The notes under the pieces: model-generated | The model's database searches: none | What the model saw: the letters and a program-made list of their open reading frames with translations, nothing else | What the model was told of the DNA's origin: nothing | Made by a program: the position numbers and the translations under genes | Assembly (NCBI RefSeq): GCF_018977255.1 | Contig: NW_024704748.1 | Location: forward strand, 22,506,001-22,570,000 | DNA: 64,000 bases | Direction: 5' to 3' | Origin: Callorhinchus milii | Taxonomy: Eukaryota | Part shown: one piece after another, positions 12,567 through 25,625 of the stretch | Numbering within the stretch: the stretch's first letter is position 1 | Layout of the letters: each line of letters opens with the position of its first letter

Positions 12567-15500
12567 ACTAGTTATACTGAAGATAGCACAGCTCATCAGC
12601 ACCGATTGCACAGCACCAATTTGTACAAATACAAGATTTTTGCTGATGAGGGGTGGGGAGAGCAATCACCAGAAAAAAAATACCTAACAACATTAGACAT
12701 AAATAATCTAGCTAGTTAACACTGTTATTTCTACCAGCAAGCCTTTTGCAGAGACAGTCATGCATATAACCCTCTCACAAATACAACATAATCTACAATT
12801 AAACTGATGCTTGCAATTTTCAGATCTTTTAGATAATTTCCAACATATTACAGTATATAAAAGAAGCAAAAGATTTGGTCAACATAGGCTAAGAGAGAGA
12901 GAGAGGAGAGCGGAGGAGGGGCATAAATTAATTCGGTCCAAGGCAGAAATAGTGATTTATCACGGTTTCAAGTAGGTTTTTTTTAAAGGAAAGAAAGACT
13001 CTAAAGAAAGTAAAAGCATTTAAATTGTGTCGCAACTTTTTTTCTGATATTATGGTCTGACAGTGTCACTGCTATTTCAGCGTACCAGCATTTCTCTCCC
13101 TTCTTTATGTATTAACAGCAAGGAAGAGTGTCCTTTAGGACAGTGACCTGATTCTGTTTAAATGATTTTGATACATGAGTGCATCAAGGTATCTTTCCTC
13201 TCTTGCTACATAAACACAAAAGTAACGGGTTCTTCCTCGTCAGTATCCCAGTACAGCTTAGCTCGCTGTTATCTAAGAAAGTACAGTTCCTGAATGACTT
13301 GGTTTCTATCAACAGCCAGGCGGAGATGTGATTCTAGTGCAGACTAATTATATTTTTGTTTTCTTTTATTTTCAGGGAGGGGTGAGAAGCAGTAAAACTC
13401 AACATATGGAAGAACAGAGCTTCATCTTATTAATCTCTATTCAACTGAAGATAGATTTGTGATGGGGAAAGGTCCACTGATGCCTGTTACCAGCCATGAC
13501 AGCGCTACAGAGATTTACACTGCAGCATCAATCTTGTCAACTAGATACCAAACAGTGACTGCTGGACACTGGGGAAAAGCACAATACTGCTATATATGTG
13601 AACTCATTTGTAATGTTGTTGCTTTTTTGATTCATACTTGTATGTCAGGATATTTTCATTGGAACTCACTTTTTGATGAAGTCTCACTGCCACTTTAGCC
13701 ACGTGAAGCAGTTTCTGCTGTAAAAGTAGAAAGCAGAAGCCTGTTAGTAATAGATAAGAGATGCAGCACGAGCCTTTATAAGCAATTGAAAACGAGCCTG
13801 TCAGTTGTACTATTTCTTGCACATATGATAGTGATTTAGGCTGTGATTACACAAATTGGCCATTATGACTCTTAATGTCCAAGCATGAAATGCCAGAACA
13901 GAAATGGGAACTTGTTGCCAGCAAACAGGAATCTATGGGTTCCACAGGTCAACTATCATCTGTAATGAGTTGCAAGCAACAGATGAGATGAGAATGAGCT
14001 GCTCTTATCACACACTCCAAACTATTCGGATTCTCAGGGAAACCGCATTAGCTATACACCCACAACTAGGGTAGATTACTGATAAACAGAGACAAAGCTT
14101 CTGTATGGTTATAAATCTTTTAAACTAGGCTTAAATTTTGTTTTTTTAAGAAAAAACTTTAATGCTGTGAGTTTGAGATCTTCAATATAAATCATGATTA
14201 AAGCAAGGGCTTCAAAACAAAACTGGGAACAAAAAACATCTTTAATTATTTCTCTGAGAACAGCATTAAATACACAAAATCAATCTTTACAAACACTGCA
14301 TTGTGTACACTGTGAAGAACTCAAACAAATAACACTTGTAATTAATGATTTTATTACGACCGGCACTGGTCATCCAGCACAAAGTATTTATTGGATACAG
14401 TTCAATTTTTTAAATTAAAATCACCTGCAGTGTTCCAAACCCCTTTTCGTGCCAAGAAAAATGTCTTTTTTTCCCCCGGAAATGTTTTCTTCAAACTTTG
14501 ACATAAAATCCTCGACATATTTAATGAAAACAAATGCAAACCGCTGTTCTCCCTCTGCAAGATGTAAATAATTACTGTACCCTGGAAACAAAATCCTTTA
14601 CATTTGTTTTGCAAACGAAAGCACGAGTGAAGGGAACACTGCCATTTTTACACTTTCAACAGGAATTTGTACAGTATTAAGCGACCACTAAAGTCTCTCT
14701 CTTTGCTGCACTGTGGCATTCACCTTGTAATTTCAAATAAATACTTATCATGTTACTGATTGAAGATACTGCAAACTGTATAAAATTGCATTAAAAAGAC
14801 GTACATTACATTTTTGTAAAATGAAAAATTGGAAACACTGAGTCAATCTGTTTTAATTGGGTTCCTATGGAATTGCCATACAACTACATTTTTCAATATA
14901 CAGTCCCAAAGGTCCCATGCACACTTGTAAAATATAGTTCAAATAGCCTGAATTGTTTTTACATTGGAGCATTCACAGGCAGATCAATTACTCGATATGC
15001 CATCTTAACTACTAGTGGCAGGAGATGTTACCATACCAAATCATAATCTTTAACTGATCTAGGTCACACTCATTCACTAGGGAAATATCGCACTTAAGAT
15101 ATATACTATAAATGTCTATTTAAAAACTACCTTACAATTCCACGATTTTCTTACCCTTACACAGTTAGATTTAGTCTTGTCTAAGAATCATTCCTATGAG
15201 AGAAAAGAAATCAAACCCTAATACTTTCCAAGCCATTTCGCTTCTCATATCGATTTCAAGGATAAACAGAATCAATCATTAATAATTACATTAAGAGATG
15301 ACCTGCAGGTTAAGCATATTCCCTGTGACTCCCACTATGGATTTAACAAGAGACCTCCTAGGCTATGTTGCCAATTGCTGAGAAACAATTTTTGATAATT
15401 GTCAAGAATTGATGCTCACAATTTGATTTAAAAACAGCAAGTTTAGAGGACTTACAGTTACCTTAACATATAATGTGATCTTAGCAACATGTCATTTCAG

Positions 15501-16147
15501 CATACCATGGAGAAGGTATGCCTAGAAAAATACAATTAGTACATTTTGTTCATTAGAAAAAAAATAAAGCAACATTTTCAGTTGCTTAGCTTAATTTTGT
15601 GTTGGAGGGAGAGAAACCAGAGGGTGTATGTACTTTTCCTAAAAATGATATTCTGATCCTGAATCCAACGACACTTTTTTTTAAGATTCTAATACTTTGC
15701 TACTGTTGTATTTGAGTTCTACCACTTGAAGCTGCTAGTAAGCTATGAAAATGTACTGGTGAGAAACTTAAAAAAAACTAAAAAAAATCACTGGAATACC
15801 ACCTTCCCTTAGACCATCTAATACACTGTAACAGTAATTTTTAAATTCATTCTTTCCTGCTGTTAGTGTACTTGGTGGTGAAGGTATTAGTAACTGCAGT
15901 TTAATTAATGGGTCAGCCACAGTCCTCAACATTTTCCTATCAATGCAACCACATTTCCATTATGGGAATAGTTTCTCAAATACATCAGATGGTATTTCCA
16001 TGCTTCACGTCTCATTTAACTCTGGCTACATGGAGCTGACATTAAGAAATCTGTTTTAAGTTTGAACAAGAGAAAGCATGGTTGGAGAAAGGATCAATAG
16101 GCCCATAAAGCTTGCTCCATTCAGACAGAGCAATACGCATTCTTGGG

Positions 16148-16530
16148 CTGGGTATCAGCTTGGCTCAATTGGCAGCCGTCTCACCTCTGGTTCAAAAGGT
16201 TGTGGGTTCAAGCACCATAGCGGTATTTGAGTTCATAGTTCAATCTGAAATTTCAATGCAGTACTTGGAGAATGCTCCATACCATCAAGCATGCAGTAAT
16301 TCAGGTAAAACATTAAACCATGGGCCTGATCAGGTGAAAGTTAATAATCCCAGTACTGGTCAGCAATCCTCTGGGTGAATTGATCATTCAACTCATTGTC
16401 ATTTGTAAAACTTGGCACAAATGGCTGTTGTGTTTGCCATCTATGGTACAAAAACAGTCACTACAATTGATAGTGATTACTTTGAAGCACTACAAGATGC
16501 TTTGACATCCATGAAAAATGCAAGTTTCTT
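16148..16530 (+). mobile_element. Old Deu-domain SINE (SacSINE1/AmnSINE1-like), near full length, highly diverged
   Basis: tRNA-like head (TGGCTCAATTGG...GGTTCAAGC), central ATGCAGTACT...CATTAAACC...CAGGTGAAAGTTAATAATCCCA, Deu-like GCACAAATGGCTG, and an L2-like tail ending AAATGCAAGTTTCTT. Similar to 60425-60662. Confidence 0.65.
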
Positions 16531-17176
16531 CATTCTGCCCCATCCACTCCTGAGAAAGTTCTAACTAGACACTCCCCAATTCCCAAAAGATAATTAAGCA
16601 AATCCAAATATTTATTCATCTTCACTATTTGTAGGTGAATATACTGTAAGTACAAGTATGGCTCAGCACAAAAGGAGGCATTTCATCTCTATTGAACACA
16701 ATATGTGATGATGTACTTAAAAAGTCACCTATGTCAATTATGATCTCAAGAGATAAATACCACCATTGCCACTACACTCAGAATAGTTCAGTGAATTTTG
16801 CCACAATCCCCTTGGTGCAATGCTGAGCAGTAGCAAGAAGACATTCTGAACCACTGATGGAACAAATCCATCTTCTTTGATATCAAAACAAACTTGTCCT
16901 TCTAAAACAATGTGCGTTACAAACCTTTGCACCAGTCATGCAAAATATCGGCAGAATCATTCTCAAGTGTTCAGGTTCCCAAACTGCTTTGGTCCACACT
17001 TCAAGTCATTTTGTTGCATTTCACAGTAGATTTGGTCAACACAACAAAATTACGTTGGGATGATCAACCTTAAAAGGCAGAGGAAACCCTTTAAATATTA
17101 TAATTTGTGGGATATGACAGATAAGAGCTGTGTGTGATTACTGCTTTTACAAGAATATCATGCATAGCTCATCAAA

Positions 17177-17489
17177 CCAACAACAACAACAACAAGATTA
17201 CATTTGTACAGCGCCTTTCATGTCGGGAAGACGTCCCAAGTGCTGGACAGTGTACAGCATTTCAGACTCGAGCTGGGGTTGGGGGAGGGGAAGGGAGGGG
17301 AGGGGAAGGGGGGTGGCTGATGGAATGGTCGAAGAGGAAGGTTTTGAGGCGGGACTTGAAGGAGGCTAAGGAGGGGTCGAGGCGGAGTGATTGGAGGATG
17401 GAATTCCAGAGATTGGGGGCAGAGTGGCTGAAGGCTCTCCCGCTAATGGTGGGGCGGGTGGGTTGGGAGACGTGGAGCAGGCCAGAGCC
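17177..17489 (-). mobile_element. L2 LINE 3' end (5'-truncated)
   Basis: Starts with (CAA)n, the reverse of a (TTG)n tail. Reverse-complement homologous to 22848-23232. The minus strand reads ...PTISGRAFSHSAPNLWNSILQ..., an L2 ORF2 C-terminal motif. Confidence 0.9.
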
Positions 17490-17919
17490 TCAAACTCAAA
17501 CCAAGCTTCAAACTGCCATCAAACAAACCTACAATCTACTTCAAACTCCAAAAAGTTGGAGAAAATATTTCCCATTTCTGATCAGACAGCAACAGAGAAA
17601 CAACCCAACTGTTTTTCCACCTACCTTCCTCAATAGAAATCTGTGTGATATGAACCAACAACTGATTTTATATTTATCGTCAAATGCTAAAGCATGCATT
17701 ATTAACACGTGACATTATCTTCCCTTACAATTGACTTTGCGGAGTTAAGAAAGCCACATGTTTCAGTAACCGCGCCTTGCATGAACACCAATTAGTCTGA
17801 AAGCATTTGTACTTTCATTCCACAATACTGTATTTCAAATTAAATAACTATTCATGATGGTAACCTTCTTTGTGCGGTAACTGGTGCAACATTTTTTTGT
17901 GTGTACATCTCCTGAAGTC

Positions 17920-18250
17920 AGTGCTCAAGTGGCCAGATGGTCCTGCAGGCGAAAGCCTCCCCAGTAACCTCACTCTGATGAACAAGCTGCACTGTCCAAG
18001 CCAAAACACTGAGCATTGGGAGATTATTTGACTGCAGGAGGGATCACAGGTTAGTGATCAGGAATCCATAGGGTTTTTCCTCTCCCTAACCGGGAGGTGG
18101 GTGTTGGGGGTAGTGGTAGGGGAGCGAAACTAGTTGTACCATCATTGCTGCTGCTCAAGCCGAAATTCCATTATTTGTCACAAGATTGGAAATCGAACCT
18201 GGGAACATTCCGGTTTGATATAATTCAGTTTACATGTGGTAATGGCTTAC
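17920..18250 (-). mobile_element. Old SINE, AmnSINE2-like
   Basis: B-box-like GGTTCGATTTCC on the minus strand (~18188-18199). CAAGTGGCCA...GATTATTTGACTGCAGGAGGGATCACAG is shared with 22500-22690 and 50220-50432. Confidence 0.55.
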
Positions 18251-20626
18251 TATCTGGGATTCTTTCCCTCAACTTTACACAGCACATCCTCAAGTAGGCA
18301 ACTTTGCTGAGGCCAGTGATAGGTGAGGGCTTTTAAGTAATTTTAGAGTAGCTGCCTGCACCCATTTCAACAACCAACTTGATTTGTATCGTCACTCTCC
18401 ACAGGAGCTCTGACTGGTGCTGCTTGGCTAAGTTCAGAGTTGTAATTTGTGCTTGGCGGGGGGAAAAAAAACACGTTCACAAAAATAGGAACAAATAGCT
18501 GTACGTCGGCAGCTGATAATAGAAATTCAGGAACAAAAGAGAAAGGATTATGTCAAAAAAAAGTCACACACGAAGATTAAAATTCAACTCAAGAGATAGA
18601 GGTTGCAACCCCCTGCCATGCAGGCTCCTGCACATTCGCCAGTACAATACTACCTTGTTTATTAGTATCTATATAATTTTATATATAAAATATACCTCCA
18701 CATGCATAATGCAATATATATTATATATATTCTAAATATATATGCAACAAACAAGTTAATAATATATAATAAATATATATCTAATAGTATTAGTCTGCCA
18801 CAATATCAGGTTTATTGCTTTTTCATCTATGCATGTTATAGTTAGAATGTATAAAGCAATATTTTTGTATCAAAAGTACTTAATGTACATTTCAAAGTTC
18901 ATCAACAAGTTTTAGAAGTGAGGTTAAGGCAATATTTCAGTCTAATACCTCTCCTGGCGTTCAGAATCTACTGAACCCTTTTCTCTTACAGTGACGTCAT
19001 TGGGACGATTCATTATAAATTACTGCCAAATATTAACCTAGATTTATTTCACAAGTTTAAAAGCCTTATTAACCGCAAGTACATGGAAGTTAGCTTTTTT
19101 AAAAAAAAAACGAGTGAAATGTAATTTGAGATTGTAACTATTTTTATCCCTCTTTCCCGGATTCCCATGGGAAGGAGAAAATCAGTAGAGGCTCTGTAGA
19201 TTTGTCTGTGCCAAAATAACGTAACAATTGCATCACAACTTCCTATAGGATAAGCTTTTTCTTCCAAGCCTGTTTGATCTAATAACTAACTATGGGAGCC
19301 CATTTATAGTTATTATTATGTGAACTAGGTTCTTTGCCATTTGGTGCTTTATGTTGTTCCCACCCCCACCCCGCAAAAAAAAACTTGGAAGCAATTAAAC
19401 TGGAAAACAATTCAATCTTTTTGACTAAAATCAAGATATAACTGATACTTAAGCTAACATATGCAAAAGCAATTTCATGTTAATGCAAATTTCTGAGAGC
19501 CTCTATTCTCATTACGTGAGGAATGCAAAGAGTCAACGACCCACTAATTTTATTTAAGTTCGGAATTGAACAATTTTACCACTCAAACAGATGAGTAATA
19601 GGCTTAATTTTCCCAACATTTTACTTTTGAAGAATTGATCAAATTCTTCCAGTGTGTACAAATCACACCACCCCCTGCTCTATGCACACATTTCTGTCTG
19701 ATCGTTTGTAGGGCCGTTAACATTTAAACAAGCAAAAAAAATCCAAATGGTTAGCTGCTGTTCTGAAGGGAAAGACCATGGACATCATACAGAGCAGGTT
19801 CTACCCAGTGGGGCCATCAATCTCCTGTGGGATATTCTCATAGCGGAGGTTTTCAGCAGGAAATTCTGTTCCACATAACTTATGCATGCCTTAGCTCATG
19901 CTTTTCCACTTCTAAGTACTTTATTTAGCAAACCAGATATATCTGCAATTTTTAATGCACATTAGTACTTTACAATATAATTACACACAATTATCAGCAT
20001 AAAATCCACACAGTTAACTTTTCTGAGTACATTTGACTCGCAATCTTTTTGCACAATTCCATCAGGACCTGCAGAATGCAAATGTTTAAATGACCCTTAA
20101 GAGCAATATTTAAACATTTAACTGGCTAGAAGAAAATTAAACAGCTCGAATAGGCAAGAGCTACCAGTGAAACACTGAGGTCAGTGCCATTTAATATCAG
20201 ACTACCTGTTGGAAACTCTGTCTCTGGGACAATCATGAAAATATTGCTCCAATTGAGCTGCAAACACAGCTCTTGCGTAATGCGATTGTGCTTGCTTATA
20301 CACTTTCAGCAAATCCATTAAAACAAAATTTCTGCTATATTGGATCTCTAATGGTAAATGTCTGCAGAAAGACAAAACTGGGTGGCCAGCTGTTAAAATT
20401 GGGAAGCATTATTTGTACAATACACAACAACATAATTACATTTTTACAATGCCTTTCACTGGAGAGTCAGGGATTCGCACAGTGGATTAGGATGGCAGAA
20501 AACAGATCTATAAACATATCTGATGATTTGGGTTCCCATTTTAACAACCCTTCAACTTCAACCAGATTTTACCACAGAGGTGAGTAGAAATATATAGAGC
20601 ATATTTAGATTCAGATACAGCCAATT

Positions 20627-20935
20627 TGTGGAGTCCTGTAGCTGAGTGGTTAGAGCACTCGCCTCGCAAGTGAGAGACCTGGGTTCGATTCAAGGCAGGG
20701 TGAAACCTTGGGCAAGTTTCCTTATTCCATATGCCTGATAATAATCCCTCAAGAAAAAAATAATAAATTGGTCACTTCAATCCACGACTGTTTGTGGGAC
20801 GCTGCTGTCCGCAATTGGCTGCCACATTTCGCCCACAAATATAGTCAATTCACTTTACAGTATATTCTGTGAAGCGCTTTGAGACGTCTAGAAGACGTGA
20901 AAAGCGCTATATCAAATGCAAGGATTATTATTATT
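20627..20935 (+). mobile_element. Full-length tRNA-Ala-derived SINE with L2-type tail (short subfamily; resembles the chimaera SINE2 family)
   Basis: A box TAGCTGAGTGG, B box GGTTCGATTC, CGC anticodon loop, CORE-like CCTTGGGCAAGT, Deu-like TGTGGGACGCTGCTGTCCGCAATTGGCTGC, 3' stem-loop and (TTA)n tail. Several close copies are in the window. Confidence 0.95.
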
Positions 20936-21695
20936 TAGTTCTGCATCTTTAAAAGTACATCAGAAATGCCCATATACCTGTCCCTCACTCTGCATGGTCT
21001 GTGTCCTTCACTGTATGCACTCCAGCAGAGAGTAAGTGTCCCACAGTACGAGGCAATCAATCTTAATGCGTTCCAATGATTTAGGAAAGACAAATTTTGT
21101 TTCAGTCCTTTCAAGGACTGATTAGTCAAAATGATGCGCTTACAATTTTATTTCAATGAATTGTATGACTTAAACCTGTTGACCAATAACTATATTGGTA
21201 AGAGACACCATTATGATGGCTGCAGCTGCTTAGAAATCTATTAAATAGAAAAAGGAATGGATTGCAAAATTTCCCCAGTCTATGGAATTTTAGTCAGTTT
21301 TAACATATTTGTGCCTGCAAATATAATCCCCTTCCATTGCCTAATATGAATTCTCAAAATTGAACAAACCTATGTAGAGTTGAATAATGCCCCCTCAATT
21401 CTCAAACACCACTTCAGCACCTTGGGATACAAATGTAATTTTGTTGTTGTTTCCTAACTGGAGGCCATTTATTTTAGGATTTTCTGTAATAATTTATACG
21501 TTTCTCTAAAGGCATCCTTTTGAAATAGTTGAAAAATAATACTTGGAACAATAGAATTATTCATTTTCAATAGGTATGCAAATTTACTTCACAAAAAACA
21601 ACCCAATACATGAGGAAAATCTTCAATTTAATCCAATCGCAAATCCACGCCTGAAAAGATCATGGAAAATATTCCTTATTTACAGCAGCAGTAAG

Positions 21696-21709
21696 GTTGC
21701 CGTAGTTAC
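21696..21709. promoter_or_regulatory. Candidate RFX X-box
   Basis: GTTGCCGTAGTTAC is close to the GTTRCCATGGYAAC consensus. There is a CCAAT at 21633 and an ATG|GTGAGT donor at 21751-21759. Confidence 0.35.
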
Positions 21710-22499
21710 CAGATTTGGGTAACCTGGAGGAGAATTGGAAAGGAGTTTCAATGGTGAGTGCGTCAAATGAAAAGACATAAAAGAACTGTAAGAAAGAAGT
21801 GAACTATGAAGACTGAGAAAATTAGTTTGAGACTGCAGTACGGAGACTTGGTAGCAAATAACATTATTTAATGTTTGCTGAGGGAGTTCTCCACTGTTTG
21901 ATAATGTAGGCTTGAGACTCCCTCACATACAATAGAATCCCGAGGTTGAGGCAAGCACTTCAATTCTGTGAGAAGTTTCAGTACTAGTTTTAATGCAGCC
22001 TTGAGCTCACTCAATAAATAACGTTTAAATGTATTTTTCATTGGTTTGGTTATTTTTGGCAAAATATAAATTTTCCGATTCAGATATTTGTAGAAACAAA
22101 CACGTAGTTGAATATAGTAGACAACTACACAAGCAGACTCACAGGCATGTCTATTTTATATAGCAGAATCTCTTTCTATCCATCAGTTTTATTTTCTTAT
22201 TAACCAATCCATTCTACCACTAGTCCCAGTTAGAAATTAAAAAATAGATTTTTTTTAGATTAAGTTTACAACTGAGCTCAATAATTATTAGAAAATAGAC
22301 TGGGTCCTCTACTCAGGGAAGGGTAAGCAACCAGAAGTTGACCTTTATAAAGCGTTGACATTGCCAGGATTATGTAATATCACGATATTTGAGAAGATGG
22401 GAGGAACTAGGATTGGCAGATATAACAGAGGCCTCCTATAATTTTCTGTGGTTCTATAATCACACTGCTAATCATTATCCATGGAGATAGTTCCATGCA

Positions 22500-22690
22500 G
22501 AAATTAATACATGTGGATATCAGGTAAGGACTAAATGGGATTCGCTGTGATTCCTCCACAGTCAAATAACCTGTTGGTGCTTACTATCCAGGTTCCCGCA
22601 TGAATAACTGTCACTTAACCAAGATACAACATAACTGCATTCATGGAACCAAACACCAGCATGCTGTCATTTTTAGGAGAATGAGGGAAG
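22500..22690 (+). mobile_element. Old SINE, AmnSINE2-like (3' part)
   Basis: GCTGTGATTCCTCCACAGTCAAATAACCTGTTG...CATGAATAACTGTCACTT aligns by eye with the reverse complement of 50290-50380 and 18015-18050. Confidence 0.55.
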
Positions 22691-22847
22691 AAAAGAAACA
22701 TACTGTACAATGCAACTGAATAGCAAAGTGAGTCAGAATATTGTCCATCATCTCAAGAATCTTGATTCCAATCTGATCCAAGCTGCATGGAAATCACTAT
22801 GAGAAGGCTGTATGCTAAGTAACAATGTATAAAATGAGCAATCGATG

Positions 22848-23232
22848 CTTTCCGACCTACTATCCCCCTATCTACCTGCCCGTACCCTCCGTTCCTCTGG
22901 CTCCGGTCTGCTCCACGATCCCGCCCCAACCGCCCTACCATCGGTGGCCGGGCCTTCAGTCTCTCAGCCCCGAGGCTCTGGAACTCCATCCCCCAGTGCC
23001 TTCGCCGCTTCCTCCCTTTCCTCCTTCAAGGCCGGTCTCAAGAACTTTCTCTTTGACCGTGCCTTCAGCTCCCCTCTCGACTCTCTACCCCCTCCTCGCT
23101 TCCTCCCTTCCCTCCCCTCACCCTGACCATTTCCCCCCTGCTCGGGTCCTGACCCAACTGTCCAGCGCCTTTGGACGTCCTCCCGACGTGAAAGGCGCTC
23201 TATAAATGGAATCTTGTTGTTGTTGTTGTTGT
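22848..23232 (+). mobile_element. L2 LINE 3' end (5'-truncated)
   Basis: LSDLLSPYLPARTLRSSGSGLL, then after a frameshift PTIGGRAFSLSAPRLWNSIP: the L2 ORF2 C-terminus (YxPxRxLRS...GxRAFSxxAPxLWN). Followed by a pyrimidine-rich UTR, terminal stem-loop and (TTG)n tail. Confidence 0.93.
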
Positions 23233-24984
23233 AGACATCTCACCCTTTCACGAAAACAACATTTCAAAGATATATTGTAAAAGTAAATGGAGGAAAGAAA
23301 ATGCAATTAAAAAAAGTAATGATGGAAAATATCATTAAAAGGGAAGAGAAAAATTTCAGTTACTTAACTCGGAGTTATGACAAATCTTTAAACGGGAACA
23401 AGAGGGAAAATAAAAGCAATTACCAAGGTGTGTAAATGTGTACAAATGACCCCCAAAAACCAACAATACTACTTTAGCATTGGACGTTTGTGGCCAATAA
23501 GCTAATGAAAGAAGCCAAGTTTCAGAGATCTGCAACAAAAGATTTGAAATACAGTATAATCACAGCAGGACACAAGTAATACCAAAATAGGACATTGGAG
23601 ACATGGTCAGATTGCTGAGAATACAAAACAAGCTTCACACATGGACAAGTCGACACAATTTTAAATTTTAGATTTGACCATTTTTCAGATGCTGGTGTCA
23701 CCCTGTGTAGGGACTTCTGTCACCTTGCAGTAAATTATAACACATTAAGAGTTCTCTGGGAATACTTACTGGCTGTATCAGAATCACACATTCTGCTGAC
23801 TACAATGAACTGTTATTCTATAATAGAGATAATGATGGCACAGAAAAAGGTACAGCAAGGGGCTGGTAAAACCTCATATAGTAGATTGCAAAAATCTGGT
23901 ACTGTATCGCTTTCACATACAAAAGCACGCACACATGGCTTAATGATAAACAGTACTACAGAGGTAAATACTGTAAACGTAAACTGCTTGCCTTCTTTGA
24001 TGTCCCTAAGCATTTCATTTTTAAACAAGCTACTAACATTGGATAATAGTCGATAGTCAGAGGACACCTCCAGAAAACCCTGCTGACTAACGTTTCATTG
24101 AAGTGAAACAGACTAATGTCAGGTAGGAGACCATGGTGGACTGTACTCACCAGCCCTAGATTAGTTTGTTTACAACATTCAGTGGTGCATAGTGAATGTG
24201 TTCCTTGAGGATCCTCCTGTCAGTAGAGCACACCCGCTTCAATGACATGTCAGCCAGCAGGGCTCTGCAAAAGAGCCCTTAAACTATAGATTACTCACTG
24301 GTAGGACTCTTTATGGACTGCTCTGGACAAATAAGGACAAGGAGCGTAATTCTCCACATTATTACCTCCCGTTTAAACAACTGCATGTTTAAATTTGGAT
24401 TTGTCAGGATAATTGCAAACAATGTGAGTGATGCTCTGCCCTAACAAGACCTTTTTTGTTGATAAATCATTATCGATTTGCATGAATGTTTATTAACACA
24501 TCTAAAATACAGTACAAGCAAGCAGTTACCAAGACCACATTATGTTTTAACATGTTATGTTTATATTTATCCATGTTTCGGTACTAAATGGATTTATGCA
24601 AATGAAAATCTAACGTCATTGTTATAAGTATTGTAGATACGTATAATATCCATGAGATACTATAGATATTGTTCTATGGATAGTTCAGCAGATTATTTGA
24701 TAACCAATATTGTGCATCACTCATCATCGTTAAAGGCCATCTTTTGACCACACTTTGCTGTTGTTGTCATAGTCTTAATTACATTATCTGCATTATTATC
24801 ATAAGGTGGAAAATGTGAATGAATGGAGTGAGGCAGAAATGCAAACTTACTAATACCAAATTCTCAAACTCGACTCCCAGCTTTGGTTGTGAATGCTGTA
24901 AAGCAGTCAGAAAGAGTCCATTTTTGATCCTATATAGATAATCTGAACTACAATTCACAACACAATAGATCCAATTATAGTATC

Positions 24985-25625
24985 TAAGAGTTCCTTATAT
25001 AAATCTAACAACCTTCTTGGTGAGTTCTGTCCAGCTGTTGTTTACCTTCCATGTAATGAAATGTTAGTGTCTATCGTAAACTTGCCCATTACATACCTAG
25101 ATATTCACCCTCTTGTCCTGCTATCATGGCATATCTGAAAGCATTGGTTTCTTTCCCGTTAATATCTTACATAAAAGTCTATTCGAAGAAATCCCATTTT
25201 AGTTTATCTAGTGAGTCCTTACAGGTCACTGCTTGGGGAATCAGCTTGGTGCTTTCCCAATAACTCCCTTAAGAGCCTGGGTAGTCCACTTATACCATGA
25301 CGACAGAAATGCACAGAATACTCCAGGTTCTGCTTGTTCATAACACTGTACAGCTTCAGTATGGACTTTGGGGGTCTGAACTCTGCTGATTTGGCAATGC
25401 AGCCCAGCATCCAGTTTGCTCTGAGGTCTCTTTCAGCTTCCCTCCTCCGAAAGTTCAATTCTATCCCTGGAGTACATGTGCCTCCTATTTTTATTCAATA
25501 GCATATCCAGACGAGCTCTCTTTGCAGATTCCACTCCTAGCTTAATCATCTGCAAATTGAACGACCATGAACTGAGTCTACAAATCCAGGTCAGTTATAT
25601 ATACTAGGAACAGTTAGATCAGTAT
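24985..25625 (-). mobile_element. Degenerate CR1 LINE RT/ORF2 fragment
   Basis: Minus strand gives LFLVYITDLD...VVQFADD* (RT catalytic motif) and RANWMLGCIAKS...ILKLYSVMNKQNLEYSVHFC (compare CR1 ANRMLGCI...LYxALVRPHLEYCVQFW). Confidence 0.85.

Noticed and set aside
14425-14581. Minus-strand segment open in two frames with splice-like ends
   Set aside because: Weak donor and unrecognised peptide; more likely non-coding.
17134-17712. Longest ORF in the track (192 aa)
   Set aside because: It is the antisense reading of the L2 3' end plus flank, not a gene.
20198-20211. CAGACTACCTGTT, matching part of miR-199-5p
   Set aside because: Seed region absent and no hairpin.
20630-20700. tRNA-Ala(CGC)-like sequence (also at 27455, 31987, 51138)
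   Set aside because: SINE heads: no complete acceptor stem, and each continues into a SINE body.
22825-23205. Pro/Ser-rich ORFs of 126 and 93 aa
   Set aside because: Frameshifted L2 ORF2 C-terminus and pyrimidine-rich UTR.
25219-25458. 79-aa ORF with RT-associated motifs
   Set aside because: Decayed CR1 fragment with surrounding stops and frameshifts.
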